Positions 29,329 through 39,612 of a DNA stretch of 64,000 nucleotides are shown in pieces (the stretch's first letter is position 1; each line of letters starts with the position of its first letter). This stretch comes from a bacterium (GTDB lineage: Bacteria; RBG-13-61-14; DATKZS01), in assembly GCA_963674965.2 (NCBI GenBank), contig CAXXFL010000007.1, positions 512,001 to 576,000 on the forward strand, written 5' to 3'. Made by a program: the position numbers and the translations under genes. A model generated the notes under the pieces. That model did not search any database. It had not been told where the DNA came from and saw nothing but the letters and a program-made list of their open reading frames with translations.

Positions 29329-30677
29329 GGCTCCTCACGCAAATCTGTGGGTGGATTCCGGCATGGGCATTTGACCCAGGCAATGTAATTGTATCAGGGT
29401 GAACCATTTTTCGCTCCTGTAACCTCTGGCTCGGTGACTGATGGCCTTGGCGTTGTTGTTCATTGCCTCCACCGCCCCATTATCGATCGGAACGTTGAAC
29501 CAATTAAGGACGTCTTCCTCATGACGGCGAAGAAGCCAGGCAAAATCACGCATCGGTTCCAGGCGAGAGTGGGTCGCCCACCAGAACCACTTGTTCAAAT
29601 AACGCTTGGCCCAACCCTTGCTCTGATAGGACCACAATTCACGGAAGCTCTCCTTGAGAAGGTAAGCGCGGTTGATCTTAAGGTTCATGCTCTCCAGGTA
29701 ACCAAGCCGCTGTTTCTGTTTGGGCGTCAGGTTCCAGGGGTTTTTGAGCCAGATGTATTTCGTGCCCTTCAAAAGCTCCGGGTCCTTTTCCTTGAGCTTC
29801 TCGGCTTCCTTTTTTCTCACCTTGTCCACGGCGTCGTTCAAGTGGCGGACAAGGTGGAATTTGTCAAAAACAAGGACCGCCTTGGGCGCCTTCTCCTTGA
29901 TGACGTCCACGTAAGGCGCCCACATGTCGCAACAGACGCCCTGGATGGCGGCAACCCCCTCCTCGCCAAGTTCATCGAAAAAACGTTCCAGCGTCTCTTT
30001 CTTGCGCCCCTCTCCGGACCACAAAAGACGCCGCCTCTTGCCGATCTCGTAAACCTGGGTGTGATAGACGTGGCCTTTTTTGCGAGAGACCTCGTCGATC
30101 CCGATGTAAAGCACGCCGGAAACGTCGCGGTGTTCGAGGCCGTAAGCCACCGCGTGCTTGACCGCCGCCCCCACCGTGGACCAACTCAAGCCGAAAAGGT
30201 CGGCCACGACGCCGACGGCCAGGAGCCTGGCCCAGGCGGCGAGCACGATGATCAGCGGCAGGGAGAGCCGACTTTTGCCCATTCCCCACGGGACCTGCTC
30301 GACCTTGACGCCGCAATTTGGGCAGTTCACCCGGCGCGGGCTGTAAACGATGGTCACGGGGATGCCCCACAACGGAACATGACGCCAGGTCCTCTCGGCA
30401 AGCGTGTCGTAAACCCAAGATCGAGAGCCGCAACAAGAGCAGGTGAGCTTCCGAAGCTTCTTGCGATCCATAAGAACCGTAAGCCCCGCCGCGTCTCCGC
30501 TGACGCTCTTAACCTTGTGATCCTTGACGCCAAGCGTTTCTCGTACAAGACTCTCTACAAGCACGGTCGACTCCTTCAGGCTTCAGGATTGTTTTCGCAT
30601 AACCCTATTAGCCTGAAACGACCGTGCTTTTCAACTAAACTATGTCAAAGAACACCCACAGATTCTTGGGAAGACCC
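29329..30677 (-). mobile_element. ISL3-family insertion sequence
   Basis: 25-bp imperfect TIRs GGCTCCTCACGCAAATCTGTGGGTG / GGGTCTTCCCAAGAATCTGTGGGTG; 8-bp TSD ATAAAGTT (29321-29328, 30678-30685). Confidence 0.97.
29335..30564 (-). CDS. ISL3 transposase
   Basis: Zn finger, IGIDE, CDMWAPY, FDKFHL and NGAVEAMN..RARGYR motifs. Confidence 0.96.
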   Translation of the reverse strand: MLVESLVRETLGVKDHKVKSVSGDAAGLTVLMDRKKLRKLTCSCCGSRSWVYDTLAERTWRHVPLWGIPVTIVYSPRRVNCPNCGVKVEQVPWGMGKSRLSLPLIIVLAAWARLLAVGVVADLFGLSWSTVGAAVKHAVAYGLEHRDVSGVLYIGIDEVSRKKGHVYHTQVYEIGKRRRLLWSGEGRKKETLERFFDELGEEGVAAIQGVCCDMWAPYVDVIKEKAPKAVLVFDKFHLVRHLNDAVDKVRKKEAEKLKEKDPELLKGTKYIWLKNPWNLTPKQKQRLGYLESMNLKINRAYLLKESFRELWSYQSKGWAKRYLNKWFWWATHSRLEPMRDFAWLLRRHEEDVLNWFNVPIDNGAVEAMNNNAKAISHRARGYRSEKWFTLIQLHCLGQMPMPESTHRFA

Positions 30678-30776
30678 ATAAAGTTATTACTGATGATTTC
30701 ATCAATGACTTTTACCTTTTTGAAATATATTTAATTGCTCTAATTGGAACCTTTTATCAATGTATGGATGAATTAG

Positions 30777-33667
30777 ATGAAATCCTGGAAGAAACCAACT
30801 CCTAATCAAGTACAACAGGCGATAGCTTTATTGGCACGTCCGAACACTACCGTTATTTTTTTGACAGATTGGATAATCCCGAATGGATAGAGCCTTTATA
30901 CAAGAAAAAATATTTCAGTAATCCTCCTGAACCAGATCATGATGCAGATAAAGGTTCAATTGCCTTTCCACCTTGGCCGGAATCACGTTATATATTCAGA
31001 ATGGCCCCACTCAAGCCTGAAGTAATTTGCAGGATAATTATTAAGATACCAGAAACAGATAACGTAAGAGTTTATGAAGATTTGGTTGATGCTATTTATA
31101 GCATGCCTATTGATATTGCTGTTACTTTAGAAAGAAAGCTCAAGGAATACGCTCAGGCTAAGTATATCTATGCCTCCTCATTACTACCGAAAAAGCTAGG
31201 GAATATAATTTCTAAATTTTCTAAAGGGGGCCATACAAAAGAGGCAATTAATTTAGCTAAAATTATATTGCCAGTATTGCGCGATCAAACAGAGCATCAC
31301 GATAATCTCAATTACAACAAGCCTCAACCCAGGCTTAAGATTCAATTATGGCAATATCAAGAGATACTAGGGGAAAACATCCCTGATCTTGTAGATTTCG
31401 CTGGATTTGAAGCATTTAACCTCTTATGCAATTTTCTTAATAACGCGATACTCTTTTCTATGCGGGATAATACATACAAAGGAGCCGATGACCATTCCTA
31501 TATATGGAGGCCCGCAATTGAGGAACATGAACAGAACCGGTATGAAGATATACAAGGAGTACTTGTTACAGCCATCAGGGAAGCGGCGGAACAGATAGCC
31601 AGAAAAGACCTTAACTCAATAGAAGATTTGATTTCAAACCTGGAACAAAAAAGATGGGTGGTTTTCAGGAGAATTTCTCTTCATTTATTGCGCGTGTTTT
31701 CCGATCAGGTCCCAGGATTGGTGTCTGAACAGCTAATTGATAATAACCTGTTTAATGACGTAAATTGCAGGCATGAATATGCCCGCCTTCTTGGTGAGTG
31801 CTTTTCAAAGCTCGATCAGGAGCATCAGAGAATTATTTTAAATTGGGTTGAAGATGGTCCAGATCTCAACCTCTACAAAGAAATCAGGGAGCAAAGGGAT
31901 GGCAATTTTCCTACTTCTCAAGAATTAAACCATTATAAAAAACTATGGCAAAGAAGCCGCCTTGCTTGGTTTGAGGATAGTCTGCCTGAAAAATGGAAAA
32001 CCCAATATAAAGAGTTTGTTGCCGATTTCGGTGATCCAAAATATCCAACATTATCTTTTTGGTCTTCTTCTTACCGGTGCGGCCCTAAAAGTCCGGTAGA
32101 TAAAGATGAAATAAAAAAGATGTCAATGGATGATCTTATTGGCTATTTGATAAATTGGTTGCCGTTGAGAGAAGATACAGATATCACACCTGAGGGATTT
32201 GGGAGAGTGCTTGAAAATATTATCAGAGAGAACCCATCGGAATATGCACTAAAGGCCGCAGAATTTCAACGCGTCGATCCAACATATGTACGGTTTCTTC
32301 TATCGGGATTACAAGGCGCGGTTAGGGAAAAAAGAACATTCAATTGGGATACCGTCCTGGAATTATGCAAGTGGGTAATAAGCCAGCCAATAGAAATAGC
32401 CGGAAGGGAAAAAAGCCCACATCTCGATTATGACCCCGACTGGAACTGGACCAGGAAAGCAATCGCTTCCATTCTTGAAGAAGGGCTAAAAGAAGGCCCA
32501 TGCTCCTTGCCAATTAGCCTTAGACAAACAGTATGGGGAGTTCTTGAGCCTCTCACGGATGATTCTGATCCCACGCCAGAATATAAAACAATGTGTATTA
32601 GTACAATAATGAATCCCATGAATATTTCTGTAAATACAACTCGAGGACAGGCCCTTCACTCGGTTATAGAATATGCCTTATGGATAAGAAGGTCTTATGA
32701 AACGAGCCCCGATTACGACAAGCTCGCGGCTCGCGGATTTGACGATATGCCGGAGGTTAGAAAAGTATTGGAGGAGCATCTGAACACGTCCAAAGACCCT
32801 GCTCTTGCTGTTCGTGCCGTTTATGGACGGCATTTCCCCTGGATTCAGCTACTCGATCCAACGTGGGCTAAAGAGCACGTTGCGGCTATTTTTCCAGGTG
32901 GGAACTCCTCCCGTGCTTTATGGGACGCCGCATGGGATACATATATTTCCTTTTGCGGCCCATATGATAATGTGTTTAAAATTTTAGAAGATCAATATAG
33001 TTTAGCGATAGATAGAATGGAAGAACCCAGCGATGAACCAAGCCCGCGATCATCTCCGGAACAACGTCTTGGTGAGCATCTTATGGTCTTCTATTGGCGA
33101 GGAATCATCGGCTTCTCAGAGCAATCGGGGATTTTTTTAAAGTTTTGGCAAAACGCTCCTGCCCGCGTAAGAGCTAACGCCATTGCCTTTATTGGAGAAA
33201 GCGGTCAACAAACTGACGGTGTAGCCCCGCCTGAAGTCATCAAAAGACTAACCGAACTTTGGGAACGACGGCTTGAAGAAGCAAAGAATGCCAAGAATCC
33301 AGATGACTATATAGATGAAATCGCCAACTTCGGGTCATGGTTCATTTCCGGCAAGTATAATGAGAAATGGTCCTTGCGGCAATTGATTGAAGCGCTTCAA
33401 TTTTCCGGAAAAATCGAACCAGATCATTACGTTGTCGAGAGGCTTGCGGAAATTTCCGATAGAAATCCAGAGTGTACGGTTAAATGTTTTGAACTTATTA
33501 TCAAGGGAGATATTGAAGGCTGGTCTATATATGGCTGGCGAAATCAAGCGCGCGCCATTCTTGCGAGAGCCATGAATGAAGGAGGGATATCCCAACAGAC
33601 AGCCGAAAACATAATCAATTATTTAGGAAGCCGCAGCCATTATGACTTCAGGGACTTGCTGAAATAG
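30777..33667 (+). CDS. Large Trp-rich helical-repeat hypothetical protein (putative defence sensor); likely true start 30777 with a 1-bp frameshift near 30841
   Basis: 932-aa ORF from 30869. The upstream frame MKSWKKPTPNQVQQAIALLARP joins EHYRYFFDRLDNPEW if one base is restored. No Walker A motif seen; AT-rich. Confidence 0.7.
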
Positions 33668-33767
33668 ACGCGGTTTTCCCCTTCCATGTCCTATGCAATT
33701 TACTATCTCCAAACCGATATAAGGGGGATCATAAGGAGAAAAAAGCAAACCGACAATTATTATCCGA

Positions 33768-33799
33768 TTCCCCCGGGCCTTTTCATTGACCCGGGGGAT
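33768..33799 (-). repeat. Palindrome related to 28672-28703 in inverted orientation; right island boundary / terminator
   Basis: Reverse complement reads ATCCCCCGGGTC-N8-GGCCCGGGGGAA. Confidence 0.75.
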
Positions 33800-33823
33800 T
33801 TCAGTCTGCCCTATGGCGGGGGC

Positions 33824-34321
33824 TTAGGGCGATTTGTAAAGGGGCTTGCCGCCGATCACGGCTTCCACGACATTATCCTTGTAATATCTTGCCTCGAAAA
33901 AGAACCAATCGGCCTGAAAGCCGATGACGGTATGAAATCCATTTCCCACGACCCCGCTCTGGGTCGAGGAGTAGTGATTGAACCCTGCGCCGAGATACGG
34001 GTCCACGCTCTTGTCGGTGAGGAAACGATGGCGGTAGGTCGCCATCCCAAGTATAAGCGCGTCGGCGCTGCCTTCCGCGGCGATGTACTGGAACTCTCCA
34101 CCCAGCCCGTCGGTCGGGGCGATCCAATAGGTCACGCCGAAATGTCCGCCCGCCGTGGTTGCGTCCTGGGACTCGGTCGATCGCATGTACGCGCCGGCCA
34201 GGTCTATATCCACCCTGTTTCCCTGGAAGTCGTCGTCCGCCGCCAGGGCCGCCGTCGCCAACAACATGGCCGCCAGCCCCAGGCTCGCCGCTATTTTGCT
34301 CTTCGCTGAAATTAAAGTCAT
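33824..34321 (-). CDS. Secreted protein, possible small outer-membrane beta-barrel
   Basis: Signal peptide, alternating beta-strand pattern, PYLGAGF and FEARY motifs. Confidence 0.6.
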   Translation of the reverse strand: MTLISAKSKIAASLGLAAMLLATAALAADDDFQGNRVDIDLAGAYMRSTESQDATTAGGHFGVTYWIAPTDGLGGEFQYIAAEGSADALILGMATYRHRFLTDKSVDPYLGAGFNHYSSTQSGVVGNGFHTVIGFQADWFFFEARYYKDNVVEAVIGGKPLYKSP

Positions 34322-34535
34322 AACTCTTTACCTCCTGATTATTTGTTTGGGTAATTATATCATGACGCGGCGTAAGGAAAACTCTCGGCCTCAAGTCTCC
34401 TTTTAGAGCGGGCCATGGCCAAACCCGGCCGCTAATTCCATCCGCGGAAACAACGCCCTTATTAAGCCGAATGACGTCCCCCTGTTTTTCTCGATTTCCT
34501 TTGAGATATCGCCTCTCGCGTGATAAAACAATGAA

Positions 34536-35717
34536 ATGCGGCAAAAGCAAAGGACCGGATACGGGGGGCTTATTAAAAGAGTTGTCTTTTCTCTTGCCGC
34601 CTTTGTATTCGTCTTATCGCTTCTTGATTTCATCTCGTGGCTGTTTATAAGGTCCGCTTTCGAGAAGGCTTCCCTCGAGAGCGATAAGTTCCTCGTGTTC
34701 CGTCTTCGCCCTGATGAAAAGGTCGAGTATTGCTTCGGTCAATTCTATAAGCAATGGTGGAAAAAGGGCGCCCTCAAGGAAACGCTGACCACCAACGCCG
34801 ATGGTTTCCGAGGCGAGGCGGTCCCTCCCAAAAAGGCCGGCGAGCTACGAATCGTTTGCCTGGGGGATTCTTCCACCATGGGATATGGGGTCGGCGATTC
34901 ATGGACTTATCCTTTTCTCCTCGAGTCCGAGTTGCGTGGAAAATATCCCAATACGACCATAAACGTTATCAACGCCGCCGTGATGGGATATTCTTCCCGC
35001 CAGGGCGTTTATTCGCTGAAGTCGAAATTTTTAAATTACAAACCCGACGTCGTTATCTGGGCCTTCGGGTTTAACGACCAGTCGGTCTATCCCTTCGTGG
35101 ACAATATAGACCTTAAATATGTCCCCTTCGAGCCGGGCGAGGAAATGGCGGACCCGTTCATCACGAATAGGATGTTTTTCTGGGCTTACCGGAGACCTCT
35201 GGCGCAACTTGTCCATTCCTACATATTTCCTATAATTTGGAGAGCGAAAATCGCCAAGATGATTCCCCTTATCGAAAAGGAGGGCAAGTTCCCCCCGCGC
35301 AGAAAAAAAACCAATTTGTATGAAAAAGCAAGGGTGCCGCCGGACCACTTTATCTTGAATCTCGCCGAGGTCCACGCGTTATCTAAGAAAAATAACTTCA
35401 AGCTGATCGTCCTAAACCTGTGGGGCGTGTCCGACGAGTACGGAAACGCCGCTCAAAGGTATTGCAATAATAACGATATCCCGTTTATCGATATTTCCAA
35501 AAAGTTCGGAGAAATAATTATTATGGACCCGGGGGAAAGGCCGCGGGCGTTTCAAAAGACCTTCGACCATTATTATAAAGACCAGATAAAGCCCGAGGCG
35601 CTGGAAAAATCGCCCATGCTGCTGTTGACGATGGACGGGCTGCATCCCAATAACCTCGGCAATTTAATCATAAGCAGGGTCCTGGCGTCATATATCAGCG
35701 ACAATATGAGAAGATAA
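34536..35717 (+). CDS. SGNH/GDSL hydrolase-family protein, membrane anchored
   Basis: LGDSSTMG, INAAVMGYSS, GFND and DGLHPN blocks. Confidence 0.9.
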   Translation: MRQKQRTGYGGLIKRVVFSLAAFVFVLSLLDFISWLFIRSAFEKASLESDKFLVFRLRPDEKVEYCFGQFYKQWWKKGALKETLTTNADGFRGEAVPPKKAGELRIVCLGDSSTMGYGVGDSWTYPFLLESELRGKYPNTTINVINAAVMGYSSRQGVYSLKSKFLNYKPDVVIWAFGFNDQSVYPFVDNIDLKYVPFEPGEEMADPFITNRMFFWAYRRPLAQLVHSYIFPIIWRAKIAKMIPLIEKEGKFPPRRKKTNLYEKARVPPDHFILNLAEVHALSKKNNFKLIVLNLWGVSDEYGNAAQRYCNNNDIPFIDISKKFGEIIIMDPGERPRAFQKTFDHYYKDQIKPEALEKSPMLLLTMDGLHPNNLGNLIISRVLASYISDNMRR

Positions 35718-35760
35718 CCCGCGCTACTGAACCCGTCGCTCATTAACCGTATGGCGTCAT

Positions 35761-36192
35761 TTAAACATTCCGGCGCCAGGGGCGCGATTTGAAAAGGAGG
35801 AGGGCGCCAAGGGCGGAGAAGATGGAGTCGCCGAGGAAAAAGAACAAAGGCAGCTTATAAAGCAAACCGTAAGCGGCGCACAATACCGAGAAAAAGATCA
35901 GCATGACGCCCGAGGCGAAAATCCACCACTTGTAGCGGCTCGGGTCATCGGCGGCGATCATGAAAGTGACCCCTATCCAGATGATGAATCCGCCCATGGT
36001 CCTAAGCATGTAATTATAAAGAGGGGAAGGGGACCAGAGAGCGGGAAAAAGCTCCGACTGAAAATTAGTCATGATCCACTCCATCCAGGCAAGAGGGATA
36101 ATGACCGTGACGATGCCGGACAAAAGGAAAAGAATTCCGATGACGGACAAGATAAGGACCTGAACCGGGTCCTGAAAACGCTGCTCTTCCAT
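35761..36192 (-). CDS. Hypothetical 4-TM membrane protein
   Basis: Four hydrophobic helices; clean ORF. Confidence 0.7.
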   Translation of the reverse strand: MEEQRFQDPVQVLILSVIGILFLLSGIVTVIIPLAWMEWIMTNFQSELFPALWSPSPLYNYMLRTMGGFIIWIGVTFMIAADDPSRYKWWIFASGVMLIFFSVLCAAYGLLYKLPLFFFLGDSIFSALGALLLFKSRPWRRNV

Positions 36193-36319
36193 TTGGAATC
36201 CCTATTGCATTTTACGCGCCAAAGGCCGCGTGGACGCGGTCCTCCACGTCGGCGTTTCCCGTATCGATTGGGGCCGCCAGTTCAAGCTCGGCTCGGGCGA
36301 GTATGCCGGCCGTCCCGGG

Positions 36320-37106
36320 CTAAGACTTCCTTGCCCGGCGCATATAAATCACCAGCGCGAAAACTATCCAAACGATTATTCCGGCTTTCCATGATATCAG
36401 GTTAGATAAAAGCAGCATAATCAAAAACGCGATAATCGCGAAGACTAATTCGTCTAGGTCAAGTCCGCGCCTCGAGCGGGGCCGCGCCTTTTTTTTGCTC
36501 TCCTCCCGGAGCTTGGAATATGCTTTCAAAATACTTTCCGAGGCCAGGCGAGCGCGCGAGGGCGGCTCTGAGGAGGGCTCGGGGCCGTCCCCCGGGCAGG
36601 GCGTATAAATAATGTAGAATGATGGAAACAGGTATGGAAACGGTGATAGCGAGGGTACCGAAGAAACCGATCGACCAAACGATGAACGTTATTATTTCGT
36701 CCCTGCCGCCGTTGATTAGTGTATGAAGCAATACAACCAGGGCCGCGGCCGCGGCCAATATAATCGCCATGAAAATGGAATCGAGCCCCAGCCTCTTGCC
36801 CCATCCGGCGCGGACGATTATCCCGAGCGCCGCGACGCACATGATCGCCGCCGTTAAAAGACCCAAGACCCCGGCCAGGGTCTAGAAGTAAAAGCCCCAG
36901 TCGGGTCCCGCGTAGGCGAATGCGCCGTAGATGGCGGCCGGGTCCAGTTTCCAGGCCGAATTCCCCGCCGCCCCATGTAAAGACTCGACCGAGACCGACG
37001 CGATCAGCACGCCGAGCAGTCCCAGAACCAGTCCCACCGCCCACGGGGACAGCTCGGGCAGTTTAACATTGGACTCGGCGCTTATTTCGCCTTCCAGGTC
37101 TTTCAT
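36320..37106 (-). pseudogene. Membrane protein gene broken by an in-frame TAG and a frameshift
   Basis: AGGAG RBS at the start; ORFs 36882..37106 and 36459..36866 share a frame across one TAG; the hydrophobic C-terminus continues in another frame (36320..36529). Confidence 0.55.
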
Positions 37107-37376
37107 GACTCCTCCTTGACGCTTGGGGAAAACAAGCGGCTCACTCTACGGGTTTACCGGATAGTATCACGGCGTGGCTTCAAAGGGAAAGACCATAATC
37201 CGCCATTCCGTCCCTGGAAAGGGGGCATGAAGCGCCAATACGATAGACTTGGGCGCGAGAATTGAGGCGGTGATCGGGGGGCGCTTGCATGAAAATCCAA
37301 CGGCTTACGCCGCGCGGACAAGCTATCCGCGCCACCCGCCAACCCGATCGCCATGCCCGCCCACATAGAGGATTTG

Positions 37377-38468
37377 CTATGTGGGACACATGATCGAGTC
37401 CACGTATTCCTTGAAGCGTTTTTTAAAAACGCTCTTCTCGAAGCGCATGGCGTTTCGCCGGATACGGGCCGCGTCGAAATGGCCCTCCTTGCGCTCGAAC
37501 TCCTCGATCTTATTGATGAGGGCGTCCGCGGTCTGGTCATGGAAAAACAGCCCGGTCTCTCCCTCCACCACCGTCTCGAGCGCGCCGCCCCCTCCGTACG
37601 CGATCACCGGCCTTCCCGCCATCTGCGCCTCGACGGGCACGATGCCGAAGTCCTCGGCGCCGGGGAAGATGAGGGCCCGGCAAGCGGCCAACTCTTGCCT
37701 GACTTCCTCGTCGGACAGGCGGCCCGTGAAGCTCACCTCGGGTCCGGCCATCGCTCGAAGACGGCCAAGCTCGGGTCCCTCGCCGGCCACCACCAGCTTC
37801 CGGCCCAGGCGGGAAGCGGCCTCGACGGCCAGGTCCGGCCTTTTGTAGGGTACAAGTTGGCCGAGCAGGAGGTAATGTTCTCCCTTTTGCGCGCCCGGCA
37901 TTTCGGGGAAGGGTTCCACGGGGGGATGGATGACCTCGGCGTCCCTCCCGTAATAGCTGTTAATCCGGCCCTTCACGAACTCCGAGTTGGCCACGAAATG
38001 GCCCACCTCTTGGGCGCGGGCCCGGTCCCATTCCCTCAAATAAGGCGTCAGGGCGCGGGCGGCGGCCTTCTTGAAAAAGGACTCGTTGGCCAGGTACGCG
38101 TCGGCCATGTCCCACAGGTAGCGGGGCGGCGAGTGACAGTAGCAGACGGTCACGGCGCGGCTCGAGGTCTTGACTCCCTTGATCATGGAGCCGTCGCTCA
38201 TGATGACCAGGTCGTAGCCGGTCAAATCCAGCGACCTCACGGCCGGCGGATAGAGCGGGATGAGGTTCGGATATAAGCGGGCCGCGCCCGGGAGACGATT
38301 CAGGAAAGACGCGGTTACCTTCCTTTCTCTGATGAGGTCGGAGACCCGAGTGCCGTCGTAAAAGAGGGTAAACAGGTCGGCCCCGGGAAACATCTCGAGG
38401 ATGGACTCGAGAGCCTTCTCGCCTCCCCTCATGCCGACCAGCCAGTGATGGGCCACGGCCGTCTTCAA
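37377..38468 (-). CDS. Glycosyltransferase family 4
   Basis: HHWL..RGGEK, CHSPPRYLW and EDFGIVPVEAQ motifs; TTG start overlapping the upstream stop. Confidence 0.92.
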   Translation of the reverse strand: MKTAVAHHWLVGMRGGEKALESILEMFPGADLFTLFYDGTRVSDLIRERKVTASFLNRLPGAARLYPNLIPLYPPAVRSLDLTGYDLVIMSDGSMIKGVKTSSRAVTVCYCHSPPRYLWDMADAYLANESFFKKAAARALTPYLREWDRARAQEVGHFVANSEFVKGRINSYYGRDAEVIHPPVEPFPEMPGAQKGEHYLLLGQLVPYKRPDLAVEAASRLGRKLVVAGEGPELGRLRAMAGPEVSFTGRLSDEEVRQELAACRALIFPGAEDFGIVPVEAQMAGRPVIAYGGGGALETVVEGETGLFFHDQTADALINKIEEFERKEGHFDAARIRRNAMRFEKSVFKKRFKEYVDSIMCPT

Positions 38469-39610
38469 GGGAAAGCCTCCGGGCAAACCTCACGGAGAGC
38501 GGCCAGCACCTTGTCCGCGGCCCTGTCCCAGGTGAACCCCGCCGACCGCTCGAGACCCGAGGCCGAAAGCCGGGCGCGAAGCTCGGGACCACGGCTCACC
38601 TCGATCATGGCCCTGGCCATGTCCGCCGGGTCCTCCCCCTCGAAGTAAAGCGCCGCGTCGCCCAGCACCTCGGGGATCGAGGTCTTGTCGGAGCTGATGA
38701 CCGGACACCCGCAGGCCATGGCCTCGAGAGGCGGCAAACCGAAGCCCTCGTAAAGGGAGGGGAACACGAAGGCCCGGGCCGAGGAATAAAGCCCGGGCAG
38801 GTCCGCGTCCGGCGCGTAGCCGGTGAAGACGACCTTCTTCTCCATGCCCAGGGAACGGACCCTGGCCGCGACCTCGGGATAGAACCTGTCGTCCTTGTTG
38901 CCGACTATGGCCAGGACGTGGTCGGAAAGACCGGCCATCTTGAAGGCCTCGACGGCGCGGCCGACGTTTTTGTAGGGCCGCATGTCTCCCAGGCAGAGGA
39001 AGTATTTGTCCAGGCCGTATTTGCGGGGCGCGTCTCCGCCCGGCGCGGGCTTGAATTTTTCGTGGTTAACCCCGTTGGGGACCACGAAGGTCGGCTTGTC
39101 GCCCAGGCCGTAAATCCTGTCGAAGTCCCGCCTCGTGTTCTCGGAGACGAAGACAAGGGCCTCGCACGACTTGATGAGGAGGGGCAGGAAATACTTGAAA
39201 TACAGGCTCTGGCGCGGCGCGTGCTCGGGAAAGATGTAGGGAATGACGTCATGGCCGGTGATGATTTTTTTAAAGGGGCCGAAAAGGGGGGCCTCGGGCA
39301 CGGTCGAGTAAAAAAGGCGAGCGGACTCGATAGCGCTTCTCGCGGGGAGGATGGTCTGGCAATGGGCCATGCGGGCCAGGTTGCCCCGAAATCCGAGGCG
39401 GGGAGAGACGAGGCGGCTGACCTTTCTCGCCCGCGGCCCGGCCATCTCGATAATGCGCGAGGAGGCCGAGAAGACAATAAGTTCGTCTCCGGTTTTTTTC
39501 AGGATTCTGGCGGTGATCTCCTCGGTCATGACCTGGAGGCCGGTGGGCGCCCGCGAGGCGTTGGTGGCGTTAAGGACGATTTTCTTAGGGGGCAATATTT
39601 TAGGGGGCAT
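38465..39610 (-). CDS. Glycosyltransferase family 4 (group 1)
   Basis: RPYKN and FPSLYEGFGLPPLEAMACG motifs. Confidence 0.93.
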   Translation of the reverse strand: MPPKILPPKKIVLNATNASRAPTGLQVMTEEITARILKKTGDELIVFSASSRIIEMAGPRARKVSRLVSPRLGFRGNLARMAHCQTILPARSAIESARLFYSTVPEAPLFGPFKKIITGHDVIPYIFPEHAPRQSLYFKYFLPLLIKSCEALVFVSENTRRDFDRIYGLGDKPTFVVPNGVNHEKFKPAPGGDAPRKYGLDKYFLCLGDMRPYKNVGRAVEAFKMAGLSDHVLAIVGNKDDRFYPEVAARVRSLGMEKKVVFTGYAPDADLPGLYSSARAFVFPSLYEGFGLPPLEAMACGCPVISSDKTSIPEVLGDAALYFEGEDPADMARAMIEVSRGPELRARLSASGLERSAGFTWDRAADKVLAALREVCPEAFP

Positions 39611-39612
39611 GT

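Larger units (their letters stand above)
28771..30805 (+). pseudogene. Putative HEPN-like effector (225 aa when reconstructed) interrupted by ISL3
   Basis: Removing the IS and one TSD joins 28771-29328 to 30686-30805 in frame (...DNKV|ITDDF...LDEILEETNS*). Motifs SHAVRE and RFEGKAH; the HEPN call is tentative. Confidence 0.65.

Noticed and set aside
29389-30681. 430-aa plus-strand ORF
   Set aside because: Antisense shadow of the ISL3 transposase.
30869-33667. Calling the large protein an Avs/STAND NTPase or Dsr sirtuin
   Set aside because: No Walker A/B or SIR2 motifs are visible; only a general resemblance to helical sensor regions.
7441-36884. In-frame TAG codons (7441, 36882) as amber recoding or pyrrolysine
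   Set aside because: Both genes carry other lesions, and TAG terminates several clearly intact genes here (for example rbr and the rubredoxin at 13503).
37110-37376. Possible ncRNA in the intergenic gap
   Set aside because: No recognisable RNA family motif or convincing long stem.
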